DNA of 64,000 nt, from positions 852,597 through 916,596 of the forward strand of contig CAWJRH010000001.1 in assembly GCA_963845195.1 (NCBI GenBank), in the 5' to 3' direction. The stretch is from an uncultured delta proteobacterium. Its GTDB lineage: Bacteria; Myxococcota_A; Polyangia; Polyangiales; Houyiibacteriaceae. The position numbers and the translations under genes were made by a program. This document shows, piece after piece, positions 43,632 to 53,927 of the stretch; position 1 is the first letter of the stretch, and every line of letters begins with the position of its first letter. The notes beneath the pieces were generated by a model that worked only from the letters and a program-made list of their open reading frames with translations, was not told the DNA's origin and did no database searches.

Positions 43632-44633
43632 ATGCAAACATCCGAGCGCCCGGGTCCCCCCGAAACCGATGTCACCGCCGACATTGAAGTAGCCGACCCG
43701 GCGCTCCTCCTTCGGTTGAGCGGCCCCGGGGGCGCGAATCTGCGCGTGCTCGAGGGCGAGCTGGGAGTCTCGATGGGACTGCGTGGCTCGACGATTCACA
43801 TTCACGGTAGCAATCGCGAGGTCGAGCTCGTCGAGCGCGTCCTCCACGAACTCATCGACGCGCTCGCGCGTAAAGACCTCACGGCGATCGAAATCGCGCG
43901 CGCGGCCCGAACGCTCAAAGCCAACCCTCAGCTTCGGCTACGCGCACTCCTCGACGATGTCGTGCTCACCACTTCGAGTCGTCGCATCGTCTCGCCGAAG
44001 GGCGTCACGCAGCAGGCATACGTCCAGGCGATCCGTACACATGACATCGTGTTCGGGATTGGGCCGGCAGGTACGGGCAAGACCTATCTCGCGATGGCGA
44101 TGGCCGTGCGCGCCCTCCAAGAGCGTCAGGTCAAGCGAATCATTCTGACCCGCCCGGCGGTCGAAGCCGGAGAGCGGCTGGGTTTCCTCCCAGGCGACCT
44201 GGCCGAGAAGATCAATCCGTACCTCCGTCCGCTTTATGATGCCCTTCACGACATGATGGAGCCCGGTCGAGTCAGCTCCCTCATTGAGCGGGGCACGATC
44301 GAAGTAGCGCCCCTGGCGTTCATGCGTGGCCGGACGCTCAACAACTGCTTCGTCGTTCTCGATGAAGCGCAAAACACGACGCCGGAGCAAATGAAGATGT
44401 TCCTCACTCGGCTCGGTTTCGACGCCAAGGCAGTGGTCACCGGCGACGTCACCCAGGTGGATCTGCCGGGGGGCGCCCGAAGCGGTTTGCGTCATGCGGA
44501 CAGGGTGCTTCGCTCGATTCACGGCATCGACTTCATCTACTTCACGCACGCCGACGTGGTTCGCCACCCTCTAGTTCAGCAGATCGTCCAAGCATACGAC
44601 GCCCATGAAGACCCTTCGCGCGGTGACATCTAG
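43632..44633 (+). CDS. phoH: PhoH-family ATPase
   Basis: Walker A GPAGTGKTYLAMAMAV, LGFLPGDLAEKINPYLRPLYDAL, FVVLDEAQN. Confidence 0.9.
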   Translation: MQTSERPGPPETDVTADIEVADPALLLRLSGPGGANLRVLEGELGVSMGLRGSTIHIHGSNREVELVERVLHELIDALARKDLTAIEIARAARTLKANPQLRLRALLDDVVLTTSSRRIVSPKGVTQQAYVQAIRTHDIVFGIGPAGTGKTYLAMAMAVRALQERQVKRIILTRPAVEAGERLGFLPGDLAEKINPYLRPLYDALHDMMEPGRVSSLIERGTIEVAPLAFMRGRTLNNCFVVLDEAQNTTPEQMKMFLTRLGFDAKAVVTGDVTQVDLPGGARSGLRHADRVLRSIHGIDFIYFTHADVVRHPLVQQIVQAYDAHEDPSRGDI

Positions 44634-44659
44634 CAGCGTCCTGGTATGCTGAATCCGCG

Positions 44660-45568
44660 ATGACCGAACGGATCTACGATGGAGCACTCGACCTAATCGG
44701 ACGTACGCCGCTGGTGCGCCTCAAGCGCATCACGAGCGACGGCGGCGCAGAAGTGTGCGGCAAGCTCGAGTCCAGTAACGTTGCGGGCTCGGTCAAAGAC
44801 CGTCCTGCCTTGGCCATGGTCGAAGCGGCGGAAGCTTCTGGCGAGCTTGGTCCGGGCTCGATCATCGTCGAAGCCACCAGCGGCAACACCGGCATCAGTC
44901 TTGCCATGATTTGCGCAGTACGCGGCTATCGTTGCGTCATCGTGATGCCGGAAGACATGAGCGCCGCGCGGCGGCACATCTTGAAGTCCTATGGGGCCGA
45001 GGTGATTCTCACCGCCGCTGATGAGGGCATGGCGGGGGCGGTCGACCAGGCCGAACACCTGCTCAAGAGCACTCCAGGCGCGATGATGTGCGGCCAGTTC
45101 GAGAACCCCGCCAATCCCGCGGTGCACGAACGCACCACCGCCGAGGAAATCTGGGAGGCCACCGGCGGGGAAGTTCACGCATTCGTCGCAGGCGTCGGCA
45201 CGGGCGGCACGGTGACGGGCGTGGGGCGTGTTTTCAAGAAGCGAAACCCGGAGATTCGGATCGTCGCCGTCGAGCCGCGAGCAAGCGCCGTGCTGTCGGG
45301 AGGCAAGCCGGGCCTCCACGGGATTCAGGGACTCGGCGCTGGGTTCGTCCCGGATGTCCTCGATACGACCGTCGTCGATGAAGTGATGACCGTCACCGAC
45401 TTGGCAGCCGAGCGAATGACGAAGCGCCTGGCCCGTGAAGAGGGCTTGCTTCTCGGTCCCTCGGCGGGCGCGAACGTTCATGCGGCGCTCGAGGTTGCGC
45501 GCCGGCTCGCGCCCGGTCAGCGGGTCGTCACGATCCTGTGCGACGGCGGCGAACGCTACCTCTGCTAA
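44660..45568 (+). CDS. cysK: cysteine synthase A (O-acetylserine sulfhydrylase), PLP-dependent
   Basis: PLP-Lys context GSVKDRPALAMV, TSGNTGISLA, GVGTGGTVTGVG. Confidence 0.9.
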   Translation: MTERIYDGALDLIGRTPLVRLKRITSDGGAEVCGKLESSNVAGSVKDRPALAMVEAAEASGELGPGSIIVEATSGNTGISLAMICAVRGYRCVIVMPEDMSAARRHILKSYGAEVILTAADEGMAGAVDQAEHLLKSTPGAMMCGQFENPANPAVHERTTAEEIWEATGGEVHAFVAGVGTGGTVTGVGRVFKKRNPEIRIVAVEPRASAVLSGGKPGLHGIQGLGAGFVPDVLDTTVVDEVMTVTDLAAERMTKRLAREEGLLLGPSAGANVHAALEVARRLAPGQRVVTILCDGGERYLC

Positions 45569-45572
45569 GGCG

Positions 45573-46286
45573 ATGGCAGACCTCGCGAGCATTTCCCGCG
45601 CTCTGTCGCGAGCGGTGTCGAAGATCGAGTTCACCGACCCGGTTGCATACGTCTACAACCCGCTCGAGTACGCGAAGCGTCCGCATGCCGAATACCTGCG
45701 GCGCTTCGGGCAGGGCACCAAGCAGGTTGTTCTGGTCGGGATGAACCCAGGACCCTTCGGGATGGCGCAAACCGGAGTCCCGTTTGGCGACGTGGGTTTC
45801 GTGCGCGACTGGATGGGGATTACTGCGCCCGTGGCTTCGCCGAATCCGCAGCACCCGAAGCGTCCGGTGCTCGGGTTCGACTGCGCGCGCTCAGAGGTGA
45901 GCGGTTCGAGACTTTGGGGATGGGCCAAGGGCCGCTTCGGCACGGCCGAACGGTTTTTCGATCGGTTCTTCGTCCTCAACTACTGCCCGCTCGTGTTCCT
46001 CGAAGAGACCGGTCGCAATCTGACGCCGAACAAGCTGACCAAGAATGAGCGCGCAGAGCTACTGCCCGCATGCGATCGCGCGCTCGTTGCCTCTATCGAG
46101 CTACTCGCGCCCGACTATGCGGTCGGTGTGGGCGCCTGGGCTACCGAGCGTGCCAGGGCGGCCCTGGGCGAGGATGGTCCGCGTATCGGAACGATCCTGC
46201 ATCCAAGTCCCGCAAGTCCGAAGGCGAATCGTGGCTGGGCCCCACAGGCCGAAAACGATTTGCTTGCCCTGGGCATCAAGTTATAA
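45573..46286 (+). CDS. SMUG1-type (family 3) uracil-DNA glycosylase
   Basis: ORF 45435-46286 trimmed to ATG 45573. GMNPGPFGMAQTGVPFGDV and ILHPSPASPKANRGW match the SMUG1 motifs as I remember them. Confidence 0.8.
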   Translation: MADLASISRALSRAVSKIEFTDPVAYVYNPLEYAKRPHAEYLRRFGQGTKQVVLVGMNPGPFGMAQTGVPFGDVGFVRDWMGITAPVASPNPQHPKRPVLGFDCARSEVSGSRLWGWAKGRFGTAERFFDRFFVLNYCPLVFLEETGRNLTPNKLTKNERAELLPACDRALVASIELLAPDYAVGVGAWATERARAALGEDGPRIGTILHPSPASPKANRGWAPQAENDLLALGIKL

Positions 46287-46330
46287 CCCGAGCGGCGCGC
46301 CTGGGGCCTTGGCGCGCGAGATCCGATTTG

Positions 46331-46603
46331 ATGGGTAAACACTTCGTCTTCGCCGCTGCTGCCCTCCTGTTCACGGTCTGGGGCTGCGGCCATCAAAGCG
46401 CAGCCGAACAACAGGTCCGCTCGGCCGCCGCTGTCGATCTCGACTGCGAGGAATCGGTCATCGAGATCATCGACAACCAGCCGATGCTCAAACGCGTAAG
46501 CGGCTGCGGCAAGACCCTCTCGTACATGAACAAGTGCAACCCAGCGGCTGGTGGCGGTCAGAGCTGCCGCTGGAGGGCCGTTCCCGAAGCGCCCCAGTAC
46601 TAG
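46331..46603 (+). CDS. small Cys-containing lipoprotein
   Basis: ORF 46070-46603 trimmed to ATG 46331 (MGKHFVFAAAALLFTVWGCGHQ, lipobox). 90 aa. Confidence 0.5.
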   Translation: MGKHFVFAAAALLFTVWGCGHQSAAEQQVRSAAAVDLDCEESVIEIIDNQPMLKRVSGCGKTLSYMNKCNPAAGGGQSCRWRAVPEAPQY

Positions 46604-46621
46604 ACCGCGCTCCCCTTGGAT

Positions 46622-47920
46622 TCAGTCTGTTGTAGGTGAGGGCGCGCCCCCGACCTCCGACCGAAGTGCATCGATGTCCGGGTTCTTCGGGTCGAAGGCG
46701 GCGGCCTTGTCGAGCGCATCCTTGGCCGTGGCCAGGTCGCCTCGTTCGAGCGCTTGCCGCGCGCGCGCAAGTTCGTCTTTGGCTCGCTCCTCCCGCTCGT
46801 GGGGCGTGAGGTCATCGTCGGGTTCGTTCACCGCGTCGCTTGCGTCGCCTTTTGGGTCGGCTTCCGATCCGGCGATCTCGCCTTCCGGAAGCGATGGTTC
46901 CGGGTCGGTCGCTTCGAGGGGATCGATCCCGACCGGTGCCATAGTGGTTTCTGACCGTTCCGAAGGCGTTGGCTGCGGTTCGCGCATGAAGAACCAAAGC
47001 CCGCTTCCGAGGAGCGCCAGCATCAGTGCGGCGATGGGGAGGCCCCAACGGGCCCTTTCGGGAGAGGCCTTGGTGCTTGCTCCGGTGCCTCGGTACGCGT
47101 CGCCGAGCGCATTCATCAGTGCCTGCGCAGACGGATAGCGGTTCTCCGGCTGCTTCGACAGAGACTTCATGATCACCCGGTCGACTTCCGGAGGTATCGT
47201 CGCTCCCCGGCTTGCTTCGCTCGGAGGGACCGGGTCCTTGTGCATTACCTGATGGGCGACCGCGATCGCGTCGCCTCCGGGAAACGCACGCACGCCGCAT
47301 ATCAGTTCGTAGAGCACCGCGCCGAGCGAGAAAAGATCGCTCTTCACGTCGTATTGGGCACTCGAGAGTGTCTCGGGCGCGGAATAGCAGGGAGTCCCGA
47401 GAAACTGCCCCTCTTTCGTGAGCTGCGCGTTGGGTACCCGTGCGATGCCGAAGTCGGCAAGCTTCACTTGTCCGTTTTCGGTGATTAGGAGGTTCTCGGG
47501 TTTTAGGTCCCGATGAATGACCCCCGCCACGTGCGCTGTCGACAGGGCGTTTGCGATCTGTTGCGCGACTTCGAGCAGAGCTTTGGTCTCGAGCGGCCCT
47601 TCCGCTCGAATCTGTTTCTTGAGCGTGGAGCCCGGTACGTACTCGAAGACGAGGTACAGCCCGTGCAGCGGATCGTCTCCCACGTCGAAAATCTGTACGA
47701 TATTGGGGTGCTGGAGTCGTGCAGCGGCGCGCGCCTCGTTCTGGAATCGCCTGATGAACATCGCGCGGGTCTCCGCATCGAGACCGACGTCGCGAAGCGT
47801 CTTGATGGCGACCCAGCGGTCGAGATCGCTGTCGTGAGCGAGATACACATTGCCCATCGAGCCGGAGCCCAGGGGTCGCTCGATGCGATATCGGCCGACC
47901 TGCTTCGGCGTGTCTCCCAT
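46622..47920 (-). CDS. Hanks-type Ser/Thr protein kinase with one TM and a C-terminal extracytoplasmic tail
   Basis: GSGSMGNVY...VAIK, HRDLKPENL, DFGIA, GTPCYSAPE. TM segment WGLPIAALMLALLGSGLWFFM. C-terminal TPR-like helix pair. Confidence 0.9.
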   Translation of the reverse strand: MGDTPKQVGRYRIERPLGSGSMGNVYLAHDSDLDRWVAIKTLRDVGLDAETRAMFIRRFQNEARAAARLQHPNIVQIFDVGDDPLHGLYLVFEYVPGSTLKKQIRAEGPLETKALLEVAQQIANALSTAHVAGVIHRDLKPENLLITENGQVKLADFGIARVPNAQLTKEGQFLGTPCYSAPETLSSAQYDVKSDLFSLGAVLYELICGVRAFPGGDAIAVAHQVMHKDPVPPSEASRGATIPPEVDRVIMKSLSKQPENRYPSAQALMNALGDAYRGTGASTKASPERARWGLPIAALMLALLGSGLWFFMREPQPTPSERSETTMAPVGIDPLEATDPEPSLPEGEIAGSEADPKGDASDAVNEPDDDLTPHEREERAKDELARARQALERGDLATAKDALDKAAAFDPKNPDIDALRSEVGGAPSPTTD

Positions 47921-47952
47921 GACGGGGATCTAGTCCACCGGCGGAGGCGAAG

Positions 47953-49362
47953 CTAGAGACGGTGCAGTTTGATCGTGTTGGTGCGACCCGAGGTTGGCCA
48001 CGGCAAGACCATCACGAACAGATCTCCATGACTACACAGACGCTCACGTACGAGCATCGACGTGGCGATTCGCATGGTTTCGTCGAGTGACTCGGGCGGG
48101 ACTTCCACGTGCGGGTCGACTCCCCACTCGAGCGCGAGCCGTCGGGCAACCCGCACCTGGCTCGTCACGGCGACGATCGGGGCGCGTGGGCGATGGCTCG
48201 CGAGAAGCCGTGCGGAGCGCCCGTCCTGCGTGAAGACTACGACAGCCTTGAGCGGGAGATTGGTGGTCAGAATTGCTGCAGCGCGCGCCGCAGCGTTGGC
48301 GATCGGCCATTCGCCGGTCCCGAGGTCGCGGAGGTCTCGGAATTCGCGCGAGAAGTCCTCGACGTATTCTGATTCCACGTCCTCGATGATCGCCCCCATC
48401 ATCCGCAGAGCTTGCACGGGATAGCGTCCAGCCGCGGTTTCGCCGCTTAGCATGAGGGCGTCGCTTCCATCCATCACGGCGTTCGCGACATCGGCCGCCT
48501 CGGCTCTCGTCGGGCGCGAGTGGCGAATCATCGAATCCAGCATTTGCGTTGCCGTGATCACGAGCTTTCCCCGCTCGTTGGCTTCTCGGATGATTCTCTT
48601 CTGCACTAGGGGTACGCGCTCTGCACCGACTTCGACGCCGAGGTCGCCGCGGGCAACCATGATCCCGTCCGCAGCATCGACGATGTCAGCGAGCACTTCG
48701 AGCGCTTCGGGACGTTCGATCTTCGCAATGACCGGCACCTCCCCGGCGAGCGCCTTGGCGCTGAGCACGTCTTCCACGGTTCGCACGAAAGACAGAGCCA
48801 CGTAGTCCGCGCCGAGCTCTGAGATTGCGAATGCCAGATCTGCTCGGTCCTTGTCGGAGAGAGCCGGCGCACTTACGGACACGCCCGGCAGGTTGATGCC
48901 CTTGTGGTTGGAAAGGGGCCCTCCCTCTTCGACGATTGTATGGACCGTGTTTCCGTCGACCGAGTCCACCCGCAAACGGATGAAACCGTCGTCCAGGGCC
49001 ACGGTATCGCCCGGCTTCACGTCGTGCGGCAGGGGTTCGTAGTTGACCGACACGATCTGCTGATCGCCAGGTACGCGATCGGTCGTCAGCGCGAACCGAT
49101 CGCCTACCGCGAGCTCGATGGGCCCCGATGCGAACTCTCGGAGCCTCATCTTCGGCCCCTGAAGGTCGGCGAGAATCGCCATCGGGTGTCTCGCCTCGGC
49201 TGCAGCCTCGCGAACCAGTTTTGCCACTGCCGCGTGGGATTCGTGCGTACCGTGCGAGAAATTGAGGCGCGCACAGCTCATGCCTGCTGTAACCAACGCT
49301 GAGATCGTCTCCTTCGACTGACTCGCCGGTCCCAGCGTGCAGACGATCTTGGTCCGTCTCAC
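47953..49362 (-). CDS. pyk: pyruvate kinase
   Basis: MRRTKIVCTLGPAS..., NFSHG, MVARGDLGVE, full length 469 aa. Confidence 0.95.
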   Translation of the reverse strand: MRRTKIVCTLGPASQSKETISALVTAGMSCARLNFSHGTHESHAAVAKLVREAAAEARHPMAILADLQGPKMRLREFASGPIELAVGDRFALTTDRVPGDQQIVSVNYEPLPHDVKPGDTVALDDGFIRLRVDSVDGNTVHTIVEEGGPLSNHKGINLPGVSVSAPALSDKDRADLAFAISELGADYVALSFVRTVEDVLSAKALAGEVPVIAKIERPEALEVLADIVDAADGIMVARGDLGVEVGAERVPLVQKRIIREANERGKLVITATQMLDSMIRHSRPTRAEAADVANAVMDGSDALMLSGETAAGRYPVQALRMMGAIIEDVESEYVEDFSREFRDLRDLGTGEWPIANAAARAAAILTTNLPLKAVVVFTQDGRSARLLASHRPRAPIVAVTSQVRVARRLALEWGVDPHVEVPPESLDETMRIATSMLVRERLCSHGDLFVMVLPWPTSGRTNTIKLHRL

Positions 49363-49398
49363 CGCTGCGTTGTAGCCAGCTTTCGGAAGAAGGCCAAG

Positions 49399-50046
49399 CT
49401 ATCGGGACCGATACCGAGGTGGCTCCCATCGCCCGAGGTCTGCCTTGAAGCCGAGTCGCACCACGAACGTGAGAAACAGGGTCCACTCGCTTCGATCCAC
49501 TTCGGCCGGCGTCGTGCGGAAAGATGGATCGGCGTTGACGTGCCGGGCGCCGATTCGAAACCAGAGGCCGCGCAGGGTGGTCTTGAGAGGACGATAGACC
49601 GGGACCGCGAACCCAAAACCGACCCCGAGGCCGGAGCTGCGTTCGCCGTCGAGCAAGAAAGCGGCGCCGAGTTCCAGATAGATCGACTGCAGCAGCAGGT
49701 CGGCAAACTCGTTCCAGGTTTGTGAGTCGAGAAAGAACAACGCCGGAAAGAGCGGGCGCAGGTCGACGCCCAAGAACAGGTTCTGCCCGGCATTGGGGCC
49801 CCATCGCCCGGAGAGTACGAGGCCGGCCACGTCGGCGACGAGGAACCGGGCCTCCCCGACGACCGAGACATCGGCGTCACGCGAGATCCAGGTCGCCCCC
49901 GGGCCAGCTCCCAGTGCGAGAGTGAGCCCGCGGTCCCACCGTCCATAGAGCCCATCGCCACGCCGATCGGCGTGGGCGGAGCTGCTGAACGCGGTGAGGA
50001 CGAAGATCGTGGAGACGATCACCCCCAGCCGGCCGCCTCGTGTCAT
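49399..50046 (-). CDS. secreted hypothetical protein, possible small OM beta-barrel
   Basis: ORF 49399-50430 trimmed to ATG 50046 (MTRGGRLGVIVSTIFVLTAFSSSAHA signal). Alternating hydrophobic pattern, aromatic-rich strands. Confidence 0.5.
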   Translation of the reverse strand: MTRGGRLGVIVSTIFVLTAFSSSAHADRRGDGLYGRWDRGLTLALGAGPGATWISRDADVSVVGEARFLVADVAGLVLSGRWGPNAGQNLFLGVDLRPLFPALFFLDSQTWNEFADLLLQSIYLELGAAFLLDGERSSGLGVGFGFAVPVYRPLKTTLRGLWFRIGARHVNADPSFRTTPAEVDRSEWTLFLTFVVRLGFKADLGRWEPPRYRSR

Positions 50047-50107
50047 GCTTCCCCCAATGCCTTGGGGAACGTGGCGGGTCAAGAAGTAGAGGCGGTAGAG
50101 TAGACCG

Positions 50108-51481
50108 ATGGATCGGCCGTTCGGCTTGGGTTTGCGAAGCCAGCTCATCCTTGCGCTCCTCGTGGCGTTTGGGGCGGCATTCGTCCTCCTGCGGGTGGTG
50201 ACCGCGCGTCTCGACGAGAGCGAGAGGGCCGAGGAGGTCCAGATGAGGGCTCGCGGCCTCGCAGACGGTCTCGCCGCCGGCGTTGGCTTCGACGGTTCCG
50301 GGCTCGACGACGATCGGGTGGGGCAGCTCCTTTCCGACGGTCTCCTCGACGGTGTCCAAATCGTCTCACCGACTGGCTCCGCGCAGACTTGGGGCGAGGC
50401 CTCCGGTTCCCCGGACGCATCGGCGCGCACCGAGGACGGCGCCGAAGTACGAACCTGGGTTCCTGTGCGGGTTCGTGGAGACGCCGTTCGACGGAGCCTG
50501 TTCGTATTCTACCTCGGTCTGACCGCCCTGGTGATCCTCTTGATCGCGTATGTACTGCTCACCTATTTTCTGGTGCGCCCCATCGACGACATGCGTCGTG
50601 CCTCCGAGCGTGTTGCCGCTGGCAACCTGCAAACACGTGTGCCGGTCCGGGGCGCGGCAGAGGTCGCACGGCTTGCGAGCTCGTTCAATGAAATGGCCTC
50701 GCAGCTACGCGAAGACCGCGAGTCGCTCCAGCGACGGTTGCACGAGCTCGAAGAAACCACCGCGGAGCTCACCGCGACCCAAGAACGACTCGTTCGAAGT
50801 GCTCGTCTTGCTGCCGTCGGCAGACTCTCAGCCGGCGTTGCACACGAGATCGGAAATCCGCTCGCTGCGATCCGCGGCATGCTCGAACTCATTCGCGGGG
50901 GCGACCTCGATCGTTCCGAAGAGCGCGAGTTCGTCGAGAGAATCGAAAAAGAAACCGAGCGCATCCACCGGACGATCCGCGACTTGCTCGATTTCTCGCG
51001 AGACGAGCCCACCTCGATTGGTCGCATCGAAAGCTCGGCAAGTCTGGCGGAAGTCGTCGAAGACACCGTGAAGCTCATCGATCGGCAGGCGCGGTTCCGC
51101 GAAATCGAGCTCGAACTCGCCCTCGATGCATCGCTGCCGCGGGTCCGTGGGGATCACGAGCGCCTGAGGCAGCTTCTTCTCAACCTTCTCTTCAATGCAG
51201 CCGACGCGCTCGAAGGGAAGGGGACGATCGCGGTGCGTGCGGGCCGCGGCGCCAATACCACCGTGCGACTGGTCGTATCCGACGACGGCCCTGGAATCGA
51301 GGATGCGATTTTGGATCAGGTATTCGATCCATTCGTCACGACGAAACCCGCAGGTCAGGGCACGGGTCTTGGTCTCGCGGTTTGTCACACGATCGTCGAG
51401 CGACTTGGCGGTTCCATTCGTGCCGAGAACTCCGAGAGAGGGGGCGCCTCTTTCGAGGTGTCGCTTCCCGCGGCGTTGTAG
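50108..51481 (+). CDS. membrane sensor histidine kinase (HAMP-HisKA-HATPase)
   Basis: Two TM segments. HAMP ([26 protein letters not shown]), H-box [42 protein letters not shown]. Confidence 0.85.
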   Translation: MDRPFGLGLRSQLILALLVAFGAAFVLLRVVTARLDESERAEEVQMRARGLADGLAAGVGFDGSGLDDDRVGQLLSDGLLDGVQIVSPTGSAQTWGEASGSPDASARTEDGAEVRTWVPVRVRGDAVRRSLFVFYLGLTALVILLIAYVLLTYFLVRPIDDMRRASERVAAGNLQTRVPVRGAAEVARLASSFNEMASQLREDRESLQRRLHELEETTAELTATQERLVRSARLAAVGRLSAGVAHEIGNPLAAIRGMLELIRGGDLDRSEEREFVERIEKETERIHRTIRDLLDFSRDEPTSIGRIESSASLAEVVEDTVKLIDRQARFREIELELALDASLPRVRGDHERLRQLLLNLLFNAADALEGKGTIAVRAGRGANTTVRLVVSDDGPGIEDAILDQVFDPFVTTKPAGQGTGLGLAVCHTIVERLGGSIRAENSERGGASFEVSLPAAL

Positions 51482-51561
51482 GCGGGCGCGCTCGGTCCTG
51501 GCGCGGCACACGTGGCGTCTTTGCACCGAGGGTTTCGTTGAGTAATGGTCTCCGCGCCCCG

Positions 51562-51918
51562 ATGGAGATCTGGAAGAAGTTCACTTTCGAAGCCGCGCAC
51601 ATGCTCCCCAACGTGCCTGACGGGCACAAGTGCAAGCGTCTTCACGGTCACTCGTACCACGTGCACCTTCACGTCTCGGGTCCGCTCGATGCCGAACTCG
51701 GCTGGATTCAAGACTTCGCCGACATCGCGGAAGCATTCCAGCCACTGTGGGCGGAGCTCGATCACCACTATTTGAACGACATCGAAGGCCTCGAGAATCC
51801 GACGAGCGAACTGCTCGCCAAGTGGATCTGGACGCGCCTCCAGCCGAAACTTCCTCTACTCAGCAAGGTCGTCGTGGGCGAGACCTGCACCGCCGGCTGC
51901 ATGTACGAGGGCGAGTAG
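51562..51918 (+). CDS. queD: 6-carboxy-5,6,7,8-tetrahydropterin synthase
   Basis: ORF trimmed to ATG 51562. [30 protein letters not shown] is the QueD/PTPS signature. Confidence 0.9.
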   Translation: MEIWKKFTFEAAHMLPNVPDGHKCKRLHGHSYHVHLHVSGPLDAELGWIQDFADIAEAFQPLWAELDHHYLNDIEGLENPTSELLAKWIWTRLQPKLPLLSKVVVGETCTAGCMYEGE

Positions 51919-51945
51919 CGCTTCCCGCGACACCGGGTTCGCTAC
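51915..51945. terminator. nested hairpin spanning both stops of convergent queD/uvrC
   Basis: gtagcg-ctt-cccg-cgacac-cggg-tt-cgctac. The TAG of queD and the stop of uvrC both lie in the outer stem. No U-tract. Confidence 0.4.
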
Positions 51946-53867
51946 TGGCTCTGGAAGGCGTTCTCGATGGCCGCTTCTTCTGCGCTTCGTGCATCGGCAT
52001 CTTCATCGGCACGGGTATGGGTCTCGGGCTCGACCGTGTGTTCGCCCAGAGCGTGTTTGATCGCGCGGGCTTGGGCCTTGGTAGCCCCGCCTGCTACCAG
52101 CTCTTCTTCGCTGGCCGCGATCACCTCTCGCAGGGATCCCAAAGCGCGCAGCAGCTTGCTCCGCGTCTTTGGGCCTACCCCCGGCACGGCGTCGAGCTCG
52201 CTGCGAAGCCGCTTGCGTTTCCCGACCTTCTTCCGAAGCTCGTTGGAGGCCCGATGGGTCTCGTCTCGCGCGAGAAGGAGCAGCGACAGCGCCGAGTTGC
52301 CCCGAACCGAGATGGGGTTTTTCTGACCTGGCCGAAACACGCGGTCGCCTTCTTCTTCGCCCATCGCGTTGATTCGGGGCTTGGCGACGGACGCGAGTTC
52401 GACATCCGTCACGCCGACGTCGTCCCGTGCCCGCTCGAGCACGCCAAGCTGACCGCGCCCTCCATCGACCACCAATAGGTCTGGAAGCTCCCAGCCGGCC
52501 TCCTCGTTCTTGCCTCGTCGCAGGCGTCGCGTGAGAACTTCATACATCGCGGCGTAGTCGTCGCCTCCCTGTACGGTCTTCACTCGAAAGCTCCGGTATC
52601 GGTCACGCTCGGGCTCCCCGTCGCGAAGTGACACGAACACCGATACGGTTTCCTCTCCGCCGGAGTGCGAGATGTCGACGCACTCGATGCGACGCGGAAC
52701 GACGGTCAGACGGAGCTGCTTCTGCACTTCACCAAGTCGCGCCTCGACGTTTTCGCGGGCTCGCTCCTTCTCTTGGAATGCGTGCTCGGCGTTTTCACGC
52801 GCCAACTCCAGTAGTTTCGCTTTCGCACCTCGCTTGGGCTCGACGATACGCGTCCGTCGTTTGCGGTCCTCGTTCAACAGCGCTTCGAGGCCTTCGCTCA
52901 TCTCGATCGACAGCGGCACCAAGATTTCGTCGGGAAGCAACGGTCGCTCGACGTAGTGTTCACGAAGGAACGCGCCGAGCATCTCGTCGTTTGGGACCGC
53001 CACGCGACGAAGCGCAAACGTGCGTACGGAAAAAAGACGGCCACCACGCAGGCTGAGCACAGCGATTTCGACCTGGTCGCCTTGTCGATGAAATCCGATC
53101 ACATCTTGATCCGATTTTTGAACGGCGGCGACGCGCTGTTCTTCCTGTGCGCGTTCGACTGCCCTCAGCTGGTCCCGGTACACGGCCGCCTGCTCGTACT
53201 CGAGCTTCTTCGACGCGTCGGCCATTCTCGCTTCGACATCGCGCACGAGCTCGTCGTGACGACCTTCCAAGAAACGAGCGACGTTGGCGACCTGTGCCCG
53301 GTAGTCGTCTTGATCGACGTCGAGAACACAAGGACCAGGGCAACGCTTGATCTGGTACTGAAGACATGGCCGCGTGCGGAGACGAAACTCGGTGTCGGTG
53401 CACGTACGAAGCTGAAAGTATCTGTTGACCAGTCGGAGCGTTTGGCGTGCAGCGGTCGCCGAATGATAGGGGCCGAAGTACTGCGCCCCGTCGGCCTTGG
53501 GACGTCTCACGACCTCCAGTCGTGGCCAAGGCTTTTTCGGATCGAGCCGCAGAGAGAGAAACTCTTTGTCGTCGCGGAGCTTGATGTTGTACTTCGGCTG
53601 GTGCGACTTGATGAGCTGGTTTTCGAGTAGCGCAGCTTCCTTGTCGGTGTGCGTGACGAACGTTTCGATATCGCTCAGTTCACGCTCGAGCCGACTGACG
53701 AACGCCCTCACGTCGCTCGACCCCGGCTGGAAGTAGCTCCGTACGCGACTCCGCAGACTGCGCGCCTTGCCGACGTAGAGCACTTTCCCGTGCTCTCCGC
53801 GAAATACGTAGACACCAGGGGAGGAGGGCAGGTTGTCGAGTTTGCGTTGCGCTGCTTCTGCGACCAC
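51942..53867 (-). CDS. uvrC: excinuclease ABC subunit C
   Basis: GIY-YIG N-terminus (PGVYVFRGEHGKVLYVGKA), UVR domain, Endo V-like domain and a C-terminal (HhH)2. 641 aa. Confidence 0.95.
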   Translation of the reverse strand: MVAEAAQRKLDNLPSSPGVYVFRGEHGKVLYVGKARSLRSRVRSYFQPGSSDVRAFVSRLERELSDIETFVTHTDKEAALLENQLIKSHQPKYNIKLRDDKEFLSLRLDPKKPWPRLEVVRRPKADGAQYFGPYHSATAARQTLRLVNRYFQLRTCTDTEFRLRTRPCLQYQIKRCPGPCVLDVDQDDYRAQVANVARFLEGRHDELVRDVEARMADASKKLEYEQAAVYRDQLRAVERAQEEQRVAAVQKSDQDVIGFHRQGDQVEIAVLSLRGGRLFSVRTFALRRVAVPNDEMLGAFLREHYVERPLLPDEILVPLSIEMSEGLEALLNEDRKRRTRIVEPKRGAKAKLLELARENAEHAFQEKERARENVEARLGEVQKQLRLTVVPRRIECVDISHSGGEETVSVFVSLRDGEPERDRYRSFRVKTVQGGDDYAAMYEVLTRRLRRGKNEEAGWELPDLLVVDGGRGQLGVLERARDDVGVTDVELASVAKPRINAMGEEEGDRVFRPGQKNPISVRGNSALSLLLLARDETHRASNELRKKVGKRKRLRSELDAVPGVGPKTRSKLLRALGSLREVIAASEEELVAGGATKAQARAIKHALGEHTVEPETHTRADEDADARSAEEAAIENAFQSQ

Positions 53868-53927
53868 AGCCCTCCTATACCACTCGGCGTCTGGGCAAGC
53901 GCGTGCCCGGCCGCGGCGACGGTTGGG

